Source: an uncultured Lachnospiraceae bacterium (lineage in GTDB: Bacteria > Bacillota > Clostridia > Lachnospirales > Lachnospiraceae). Taken from it: a DNA stretch of 64,000 nt. The notes beneath the pieces were generated by a model. It searched no databases and had not been told where the DNA came from. It worked only from the letters and a program-made list of their open reading frames with translations. The position numbers and the translations under genes are program-made. Every line of letters starts with the position of its first letter. Position 1 is the first letter of the stretch. The stretch is taken from positions 14,066 to 78,065 of the forward strand of contig CAYWHY010000001.1 in the NCBI GenBank assembly GCA_964458255.1, in the 5' to 3' direction. Shown here piece after piece: positions 1 through 7,127 of the stretch.

Positions 1-335
1 GAAAAACATTCAAGCCCGAGCCTGTTTGCTTCTTCCATCAATTTGGGCTGCCATTCCCAAGGGGTGTAAGCTTCCTGATACAATTTATAAAGAGTGGTAC
101 CGTCCCAGATGGTACCCTCATTAATCTGAAAACATTCGTCATCACAATCAATCGTAATGGTATCTGCGGTATAAGTCTGAAGCTTTACGGCATCGGCACC
201 GGCGTCCCTGGCCGCATGAATGATTTCGACTGCACGATGATAGTCCTGATTATGGTTGGCGGAAATTTCTGCCACAATAAAGGTGGGAGAAGTTTCGCTG
301 ATTGTTCTGCTTCCGATTTTAAATTCCTTGTTCAT
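1..335 (-). CDS. pseI: Pseudaminic acid synthase / NeuB-family nonulosonate synthase (N-terminal part; runs off the left edge)
   Basis: Not in the ORF track. Manual translation from ATG 335 gives MNKEFKIGSRTISETSPTFIVAEISANHNQDYHRAVEIIHAARDAGADAVKLQTYTADTITID...LYKLYQEAYTPWEWQPKL. AEISANHN, KLQTYTADT and TPWEW are PseI-type NeuB motifs. Confidence 0.9.
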   Translation of the reverse strand, partial: MNKEFKIGSRTISETSPTFIVAEISANHNQDYHRAVEIIHAARDAGADAVKLQTYTADTITIDCDDECFQINEGTIWDGTTLYKLYQEAYTPWEWQPKLMEEANRLGLECF

Positions 336-360
336 ATAGTGCTCATGCCTTTCTTAAAAG

Positions 361-1560
361 TTACCAATGATTTTTTTGTAAGTATTCGTCATTGGTCCAT
401 GCATCTCTTGCCGTAAAAAGGCTTCCGTCTTCTTTTTCAATGATAACTGCAGGGAAGTAGTGGATAAACAGTGGATTTAAACACATTGTATAACCGCCGG
501 CGGTATCATAAACGATTTTATCTCCGGGAAGGAGTGCTTTGTCATCCGTGATTTCAAAAAGTCTGTCATATTCCATGCAGGTAGCTCCGCAAATCCACTG
601 CGTTTTTTCAACGCATCTTGCGGAAGGATTATCTTTATATACAATGTGGTGCGGATAAACGTGTCTTGTTACCAGAGGATTTAAATTAACGCGGCTTCCG
701 TTGGTAACAATAAATTTGCGGCCGCGGATATCCTTGCTATCCAAAACTTCAGTCTCAAATGTGGTGGCACGCGAAATAAGGGAAACACCGGGCTCCGCAA
801 TGAGAGTGGTTTTTGTTTTGTCAAAATAAGTGCAAAGCTCTTTGCAAATTTCCTTGAAATAATCCCGGTAGTCCGGCTTGTCCAAACGGCCGCCGAAATA
901 ACCGCCGCCCATGTCAATATAATCAAGGGAAAGGTCGTATTCCTTGGCAATTTTAACTGCCATTTGGGCAAGTGCACCATAGACCTGTACGGTTCTTGAC
1001 TGTGTGGAGGAATGTAAATGCAGTCCGCCTACTTTTACGTTAGGAAGAGCATTCAGTCTGTCTATTACGGTTTTGAGGACTCCGTTTTCATAGCAATAAC
1101 CGAAGCGCCCGCCTTCTTCTTCCACAAGCTGTTCAAAGGGGCAAAGGGCACCGATATCACAGTTTACCCGTACGCCCACGGAAAACTGCCTGTGGGGGTA
1201 GCACTTTGAGAGTTCCTCCATAAAAACAAGTTCCTCAGAAGAATCAAGATTGACATAGCCGCCTGCAACAAGAATGGTTTCAAATACTTTTTTATCTTTG
1301 ATGGGGCCGTTGTAGATAATCTGATTTGATGCAAAACCAAGGCGGTAAGCCAAGTCGTATTCCGTGGCGGAAACCACTTCCGCATAAAAGCCCTGACCTT
1401 TTAAATAGTTTAAAAGCCACGGCAGGGAGTTGGTTTTGACGGAATAGCCCATCACAAAATTTCCCCAGTTCTCAGAAAGAGAATTCCGAAGAAGATTGAT
1501 ATCATACAATAAATCTTTTTCCTTAATACGGTAAAAAGGGGTAGTAAGCTCGTTACTCAT
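361..1560 (-). CDS. PLP-dependent fold-type III decarboxylase (diaminopimelate decarboxylase-like), copy 1
   Basis: YSVKTN (PLP Lys), AEVVS, IIYNGPIK, HLH, DMGGG, EPG, CME.D. Start moved to ATG 1560 (MSNELTTP), which overlaps the pseF stop. Confidence 0.85.
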   Translation of the reverse strand: MSNELTTPFYRIKEKDLLYDINLLRNSLSENWGNFVMGYSVKTNSLPWLLNYLKGQGFYAEVVSATEYDLAYRLGFASNQIIYNGPIKDKKVFETILVAGGYVNLDSSEELVFMEELSKCYPHRQFSVGVRVNCDIGALCPFEQLVEEEGGRFGYCYENGVLKTVIDRLNALPNVKVGGLHLHSSTQSRTVQVYGALAQMAVKIAKEYDLSLDYIDMGGGYFGGRLDKPDYRDYFKEICKELCTYFDKTKTTLIAEPGVSLISRATTFETEVLDSKDIRGRKFIVTNGSRVNLNPLVTRHVYPHHIVYKDNPSARCVEKTQWICGATCMEYDRLFEITDDKALLPGDKIVYDTAGGYTMCLNPLFIHYFPAVIIEKEDGSLFTARDAWTNDEYLQKNHW

Positions 1561-2245
1561 ATTTAAAAAGTCTCCTGTATTTGATTTCGGCGAGTTCCCA
1601 ATCCTCCGGAGTATCAATATCCTGTACTTCCATTTCGGACAAAATAAGAGGAACAAGATTTGTTACATCAGTGGTACCGGCAGCAAGGAATGGAGCTGTG
1701 CGACAGGCATAAAACTGACCGCAATCGTGGTAAACCTTGGGAAGATCCTGGCTGCGGGTAGTGGCATGTTCGGGGAATTGCCGTTCTACAAGACCTGCAT
1801 GGTTAATAATGAGTCCGCGTTGGGGCGGATAAGAAAACGGTACAACCGGCATCACGGAATCTGCTTTGGCAAGAAGCTCCATGGCAGCCCTAAGACGTTC
1901 GCCTGTTATAAAAGGAGCGGTGGGATAGATGCAGCAAAATGAATCAAATTCCTGCCCACGCTTTTGATACTCTAAAAGCACCTCCCTAATAACATCATCC
2001 GTGGAAGCATAATCGTTTGCAGTTTGCTCAGATCGCATAAAAGGAACACTTGCTCCGTTTGCCCGTGCAATGTCTGCAATTTTCTCGTCATCTGTAGAAA
2101 CCATGATTTCATCAAACACACCGGACTTTTTTGCAGCTTCTATGGAATAACAAAGAATCGGTTTTCCGCAAAATTCTTTGATATTTTTTCCGGGGATTCG
2201 TTTACTGCCGCCTCTGGCAGTAATAATGGCAAGCCTTTTGCTCAT
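1553..2245 (-). CDS. pseF: CMP-nonulosonate synthetase (pseudaminic acid cytidylyltransferase)
   Basis: AIITARGGSKRIPGKNIK, VSTDD, CIYPTAPF, RSQDL, HDCGQFY, QDIDTPEDW. Start at ATG 2245 follows an AAGGAG RBS. Confidence 0.88.
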   Translation of the reverse strand: MSKRLAIITARGGSKRIPGKNIKEFCGKPILCYSIEAAKKSGVFDEIMVSTDDEKIADIARANGASVPFMRSEQTANDYASTDDVIREVLLEYQKRGQEFDSFCCIYPTAPFITGERLRAAMELLAKADSVMPVVPFSYPPQRGLIINHAGLVERQFPEHATTRSQDLPKVYHDCGQFYACRTAPFLAAGTTDVTNLVPLILSEMEVQDIDTPEDWELAEIKYRRLFKYE

Positions 2246-2347
2246 ATCCGTACTCCTTAAAATGAGATTATATGACCGCATACTTGCAAACCCGCGCAGA
2301 CGCGCATTTTTGTCTGCTTTTCAGAAGATTTGCTCGTTAACAGATAC

Positions 2348-2375
2348 ATTATACACCATTCTGCGTTGCAATCAA
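2348..2375 (-). promoter_or_regulatory. Putative sigmaA promoter for the pseF operon
   Basis: Minus-strand TTGATT (2375-2370), 16-nt spacer, TATAAT (2353-2348). Confidence 0.45.
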
Positions 2376-2395
2376 ACAAAAATCTATGATATAAT
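2366..2395 (+). promoter_or_regulatory. Putative sigmaA promoter (extended -10) for the rightward operon
   Basis: TTGCAA (2366-2371), 18-nt spacer, TG-A-TATAAT (2387-2395). Confidence 0.6.
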
Positions 2396-2453
2396 GCGGT
2401 CAAAAGAAAAACAAGCGCTGCGAAAGCAGCATTTGTTTTTCATGACCGCATTA
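2392..2453. repeat. Long imperfect inverted repeat / hairpin with a GAAA loop
   Basis: TAATGCGGTCA (2392-2402) pairs with TGACCGCATTA (2443-2453); GAAAAACAA pairs with TTGTTTTTC; apex GCTGC-GAAA-GCAGC. Confidence 0.85.
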
Positions 2454-2573
2454 GCGAACATGCAGCTGCGAAGGCAGCGCGAAAGCGCGAAAGCGCGAGC
2501 ATGTGAGCGAATCATGCACAGCAGGAGCAAGGCGAACATGCAGCTGCGAAGGCAGCGCGAAAGCGCGAGCATG
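2454..2573 (+). repeat. Direct repeat of a structured 42-50 nt unit (REP-like or structured RNA-like)
   Basis: GCGAACATGCAGCTGCGAAGGCAGCGCGAAAGCGCGA is identical at 2454-2490 and 2532-2568, and each copy is closed by GCATG. Copy 1 carries an extra AAGCGCGA. Confidence 0.9.
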
Positions 2574-2593
2574 GATGGATTTGAGGAGAAGTT

Positions 2594-3673
2594 ATGAAGA
2601 ATTGCATTTACATCTGTCATACCTTTTATCATGTATATATTGCCTGTCTGAAGGAACTGAACAAAGACAAGTCACAGTGGGGACAGGCCTCTCTTATGCT
2701 CAGCAAAATGTCCAACGATTTCGGCAATTTAAAGGACCGGGCAAAGGAAAGCGGACTCTTTTCGGAAATAATAGAGTTTGACGAGAAAGAAGAAAGTTTT
2801 TTCCCTGAACTGGCACCCCTAAAAAAAGATACAGGCAATCTTGTCAGAAATATGATACAGAGAATCCGTTTCACCGGGAAATTCGGTAAGCTGTTAGAAC
2901 CGTATATTCCGGTGGATTTAAAACAGTATAAAGACATCTGTGTTTTTTGTGATTCGGACCCGATTGGGTATTATTTAAGCACACACAAAATTTATTATCA
3001 TGCACTTGAGGATGGGCTTGACTGTATCCGCTATTATGATACGGCACGTTACGATAACAGGGGACATTTTGCGTTAAAGGCGTGGATGGCGGCACATAAT
3101 CTGATTTTTATCCAGAACGGCTATTCTAAATACTGTCTTGATATGGAAGTAAACGATATTTCCGTTCTGCAATATCCCTGCCCTAAATATATAGAAAAGC
3201 CGCGAAAGGAATTGACGGAGAACCTTTCTGCGGAGGCGAAGGATATATTGGTATCTGTTTTTATACAGAATAAGGATGAACTTTTGAAAACACTGCAGGA
3301 AGGGGAAGGTGCCACGCACAGGATACTGGTGCTTACGGAGCCGTTATGTGACCTTGAGACAAGAAAGCAGATTTTCACGGATATTATTAATGAATATCAG
3401 TGGATAAACGGACAGCAGGCAAAGGTGCTGTTAAAGCCCCATCCAAGAGATGTGCTTGATTATGAAAAATTATTTCCGCAGCATATAGTGCTTGACGGTA
3501 AATTCCCCATGGAAATTTTGAACTATGTAGAAGGACTTGTCTTTGACAGGGTAGTTTCCGTGTTTACTGTCCCTCATGCCATTATGTTTGCCAAAGAGAA
3601 AGTGTTCTTGGGTGAGGATTTTATGGATAAGTATGAGGCACCGGAAATTCACAGACAGAATGAGCAGATTTAA
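2594..3673 (+). CDS. Sialyltransferase-like glycosyltransferase (CpsK/GT52-like), probable CMP-nonulosonate transferase
   Basis: N-terminal ICHTFYH, LEDG and KPHPRD motifs (the E/D-D-G and HP motifs of bacterial sialyltransferases), FPMEIL. GAGGAG RBS. Adjacent to the pse genes. Confidence 0.75.
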   Translation: MKNCIYICHTFYHVYIACLKELNKDKSQWGQASLMLSKMSNDFGNLKDRAKESGLFSEIIEFDEKEESFFPELAPLKKDTGNLVRNMIQRIRFTGKFGKLLEPYIPVDLKQYKDICVFCDSDPIGYYLSTHKIYYHALEDGLDCIRYYDTARYDNRGHFALKAWMAAHNLIFIQNGYSKYCLDMEVNDISVLQYPCPKYIEKPRKELTENLSAEAKDILVSVFIQNKDELLKTLQEGEGATHRILVLTEPLCDLETRKQIFTDIINEYQWINGQQAKVLLKPHPRDVLDYEKLFPQHIVLDGKFPMEILNYVEGLVFDRVVSVFTVPHAIMFAKEKVFLGEDFMDKYEAPEIHRQNEQI

Positions 3674-3732
3674 CAGGAGACAGGACAAAGGATCGGGGAT
3701 TTTTTAATAAGCGAGAAATTAAGCAGGAAATT

Positions 3733-5820
3733 ATGATGGAAAAAATAAAGAAATTTATGACAATGGTGGCAGTGGCGGGAACTGTTCTGGTGACGGCGGT
3801 TTTCTGCTATATGCCTTTCCGCGAATTATTAAAGGAAGCAAAAAAGAATACAGTTTCCGTAGGAGAAGAGGAAACATTGGGAGGCACAGGGGACTCCGCG
3901 GAAGATCCACAAAAAAACGTGACACAAGCGTCACAAAAAGGTGCGGGAACAACAAAAAATGCGGGAGCAACAACGACTACACCGGTTGAAGAGGATGAAC
4001 TTCTTCGGACGGTTCTTTTTGAGATACAGCAGGGTGATGAGAAGCTTCGCACTTATCTTTGGCAGAGCAGGGAAGGCGCCTGCTATGTATTTTTACCGGG
4101 GTTTGCAAAAGAGGCTGATTTGCAGGTAGAGGAAATTGAGGGAAAGGGGCAGTTTACTATCGGATCCCAAAGCTTCAAAGAAGGGGATGTGCTTACGGAC
4201 ATGGTCTTTGGGGAGGCATATGAGTTTGTGCTTTATGATAAAGACGGAGAAACGGTAATGGCAGCCCCTTTGTTTTTTATGCACTCATCAGATTTGCCGG
4301 TTCTTTCTCTTGCCACAGAATCAGGCTCCATGGATGAGATTGATGCAATAAAGGGCGAGACGGAAACGGGAGACATTCTGCTTTTGGATGAAGGAGGAAG
4401 TGTGCTTTATGAAGGAAAAGCACAGGAAATTTCAGGCAGAGGTAATTCAACCTTCGGACTTTTGAAAAAACCGTATCAGTTTAAACTGGGTGAAGCTGCA
4501 GATTTGCCTGGCTTTGGTAAAAGCAGCAATTTTAATTTGCTTGCAGACGGTTATGATGAAACAAAGCTTAGAAATGAGCTTGTATTTGGCATGGCAGAAG
4601 ACCTCGGCATGGAATATGTGACGCAGGGAAAACATGTGGATTTGTATTGTAATCATATATATTACGGGGTTTATTACCTGTGTGAAAAGGTACAGGTGGA
4701 TGAGGAACGTCTTGCCATTACGGATATGGAAGAAAATACTACAGCAGCTTACACTGAGACAGAACTTGATAATATAAGCAGTATTGTTTCCGAAGATGAG
4801 AAACGTAAGTGGACAGACTGTGAGGTGGAAGAAAGAGACCTTTCGGGAGGCTACCTGATGGAACGGGAGCTTATAGAGCGCTATGAAGAGGAAAAGAGTG
4901 GATTTATTACCGTACAGGGAGATGCTTATGCTCTCAAAAGCCCTAAATATGCAACAGAAAATCAGGTGAATTACATTGCGGATTATATGCAGGAATTTCA
5001 GGATGCTGTAGCACAAGAGGATGGAATTAACAAAGAAACCGGCAAACATTATTCGGAATATATTGATGTGGAATCGTTTGTATATAAATATCTGGTAGAA
5101 GAGGTTAGCAGAAATTATGACGGAGGTGTCACAAGTAGCTTTTTCTACAAGAAATCAGATGCGGAAGGTGGCAAGTTATATGCCGGTCCCGTGTGGGATT
5201 ATGATGTTGCATTCGGTAATTGTGATTTGGATGAGATTGTGAGCAATCCTGTGGGAATCAGTAAATTGGATGATCATATCTATGATACCGCATTGTTTGC
5301 GGATTTGTATGAGCAGGAGGATTTTTATAAGCAGGTAGTTACTGTATATGAGCAAAAGATGGTTCCTTATCTGAACAGGCTTCTTGAAAGTGAAATAGAC
5401 AGACTCTCGGAGCAAACCAAAGCCGCAGTAAAAATGGATGGTATCCGTTGGGAGAAGCTTGAGAACCGTTATCAGTATTATGAGGAATATGAGAATGAAA
5501 TCCGTTATTTAAAATACTTTATAGAAACGAGAATGAATTTTTTGAACGAAGTGTGGCTTGAGGGAGAGGTTTACCACGCGGTAACTTTTATGGTGGATGG
5601 ACAACCATGGAAAAAGTATTATGTGAAGGACGGAGAAACTTTTGGATACGAGCCGGTTCCTTCAAGGTATAATTCGCTGTTTATGGGATGGCGGTCACAG
5701 GCATATAATGTGGCATATGATGAGTTTAAGCCGGTTTATGAGGATGTGGTATTTTATGCTATATGGCAACAACTGCCCGAGACGGAGGTAATTATTACAG
5801 ACGGTGTTACGGTGCAATAG
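3733..5820 (+). CDS. CotH-family kinase with an N-terminal anchor and a C-terminal Listeria/Bacteroides repeat-like domain
   Basis: GRGNST..LLKKPYQFKL, LLADGYDETKLRN, YYGVYYLCEK, GGYLME, GPVWDYDVAFGN. C-terminal VTFMVDG...FMGW...FYAIW. Hydrophobic N-terminal segment. Confidence 0.85.
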   Translation: MMEKIKKFMTMVAVAGTVLVTAVFCYMPFRELLKEAKKNTVSVGEEETLGGTGDSAEDPQKNVTQASQKGAGTTKNAGATTTTPVEEDELLRTVLFEIQQGDEKLRTYLWQSREGACYVFLPGFAKEADLQVEEIEGKGQFTIGSQSFKEGDVLTDMVFGEAYEFVLYDKDGETVMAAPLFFMHSSDLPVLSLATESGSMDEIDAIKGETETGDILLLDEGGSVLYEGKAQEISGRGNSTFGLLKKPYQFKLGEAADLPGFGKSSNFNLLADGYDETKLRNELVFGMAEDLGMEYVTQGKHVDLYCNHIYYGVYYLCEKVQVDEERLAITDMEENTTAAYTETELDNISSIVSEDEKRKWTDCEVEERDLSGGYLMERELIERYEEEKSGFITVQGDAYALKSPKYATENQVNYIADYMQEFQDAVAQEDGINKETGKHYSEYIDVESFVYKYLVEEVSRNYDGGVTSSFFYKKSDAEGGKLYAGPVWDYDVAFGNCDLDEIVSNPVGISKLDDHIYDTALFADLYEQEDFYKQVVTVYEQKMVPYLNRLLESEIDRLSEQTKAAVKMDGIRWEKLENRYQYYEEYENEIRYLKYFIETRMNFLNEVWLEGEVYHAVTFMVDGQPWKKYYVKDGETFGYEPVPSRYNSLFMGWRSQAYNVAYDEFKPVYEDVVFYAIWQQLPETEVIITDGVTVQ

Positions 5821-5835
5821 GAGGCAAAACGAAAC

Positions 5836-6492
5836 ATGTTGTTTGAGGAGGAAGTAAACTTTGCAAATTTAATAAAGGAGTGTGTGTCAGATCCCTTTTT
5901 GCAGGAAGTGGCAGATAAGTATCATTACCTGAAAAAAGATTTGCCGGAGCTTAAAAAGGTGGCGCAGGCAATGCAGAAAAGTATGACCGCAGAAGCTGCT
6001 TTTGGTTGCAGACAGGAGAAAGGTGCAGAAAAGCACAATCCCTGTTGCAGCGTTGTGATGACACTAGGGGAAGGTGTGGATCAATTGCAGGATTCCTACA
6101 CGGAAAGAGCTCTTTTGACAGAAAGCTATATGGTGGAAGCAATGGGCGGTGAAATTCTGCTTAAGTCATATATGCTTTTTAATAAGTGGATAGAAAAAAA
6201 CACGGTATATCATGTGGCAAAATATTTCTTTCCGGGAAGTGAAAGGGAGTGCCCGATTGAAGAATTACCGAAAGTGTTGACAGAAGTGTCACTTCCTGTC
6301 AGGTGTAATGAAAGCTATTATTTGATACCTAAAAAGAGCGTTGCATTTTATGCACTTCTGACTAAAGAAGAAGGGGTGCGGTGTGTGGGCATTTGTGAAA
6401 ACTGCGGCAGACGGGATTGCCAAAACCGGAGTCATGCAGAGAAGCTTTTGCCTTACGGATATGCAAGGATTTTGGGGAGAGTGTATTTATGA
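5836..6492 (+). CDS. Stand-alone B12-dependent methionine synthase activation (AdoMet-binding) domain-like protein
   Basis: VMTLGEGVD, LIPKKSV and a C-terminal CENCGRRDCQNR Cys cluster, typical of clostridial stand-alone MetH reactivation subunits. Coupled to cobO. Confidence 0.65.
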   Translation: MLFEEEVNFANLIKECVSDPFLQEVADKYHYLKKDLPELKKVAQAMQKSMTAEAAFGCRQEKGAEKHNPCCSVVMTLGEGVDQLQDSYTERALLTESYMVEAMGGEILLKSYMLFNKWIEKNTVYHVAKYFFPGSERECPIEELPKVLTEVSLPVRCNESYYLIPKKSVAFYALLTKEEGVRCVGICENCGRRDCQNRSHAEKLLPYGYARILGRVYL

Positions 6493-7004
6493 TTCAGCTA
6501 TATACAGGCGATGGAAAAGGGAAAACAACAGCAGCCATAGGACAGGCAATTCGGGCTGCAGGTGCCGGTTACGAAGTGATTTTCGCGCAATTCATGAAAG
6601 GAAATGACAGTGGGGAGCTTCACAGCATAAAAGAACTGAACAATGTCAGAATTGTGAGAAGTGAAAAAGCATTTGGTTTTTATCATACTTTGACGGAAAC
6701 GGAAAAAACAGAACTTTGCAGGGTGCACAATAAAATTCTGGATGAACTGTTACAGGCAGCAGAAGAAAAATCATGTCGCATGTTTATTTTGGATGAGGTC
6801 ACCTATCCGCTAAATTGGCAACTCTTAGATTGGGAAAAGTTAAAAAAACTGCTGTCTTATTCAGAGAAAGATACGGAGTTTGTTCTGACGGGACGAAATG
6901 CACCGGATTTTCTTTTTGACAGGGCAGATTACATTACGGAAATGAAAGCCATGCGTCATCCTTACGAAAAAGGACTTCCGGCACGAAAGGGAATTGAGTA
7001 TTGA
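6489..7004 (+). CDS. cobO: Cob(I)yrinic acid a,c-diamide adenosyltransferase (CobO/BtuR/CobA)
   Basis: MIQLYTGDGKGKTTAAIG, QFMKG, ILDEV, VLTGR, ADYITEM, HPYEKG..ARKGIEY. Start at ATG 6489 (ATGA overlap). Confidence 0.92.
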   Translation: MIQLYTGDGKGKTTAAIGQAIRAAGAGYEVIFAQFMKGNDSGELHSIKELNNVRIVRSEKAFGFYHTLTETEKTELCRVHNKILDELLQAAEEKSCRMFILDEVTYPLNWQLLDWEKLKKLLSYSEKDTEFVLTGRNAPDFLFDRADYITEMKAMRHPYEKGLPARKGIEY

Positions 7005-7061
7005 TGATAGGAAAAAACGTGATTGCCGGACAAAAAAGGCAAAGAATACAGGCACAGAAAA

Positions 7062-7090
7062 TTGATTTATAGCTACAGCTATGGTAAAAT
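7062..7090 (+). promoter_or_regulatory. Putative sigmaA promoter
   Basis: TTGATT (7062-7067), 17-nt spacer, TG-G-TAAAAT (7082-7090), upstream of the GAGG RBS of the ABC gene. Confidence 0.6.
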
Positions 7091-7127
7091 ATAATGATAT
7101 TTTATTTTTTGAGGAAGAAAAGTTACA

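Noticed and set aside
2454-2573. Possible mini-CRISPR array (37-nt repeats about 41 nt apart)
   Set aside because: Only two copies, the intervening sequence is part of the fold, there are no cas genes and no typical repeat terminus.
2178-2781. ORFs 2178-2597 (+), 2384-2632 (-) and 2503-2781 (+) with the repeated peptide ANMQLRRQRESA
   Set aside because: These are translations of the hairpin repeat; they span promoters and overlap real genes, with no recognisable protein features.
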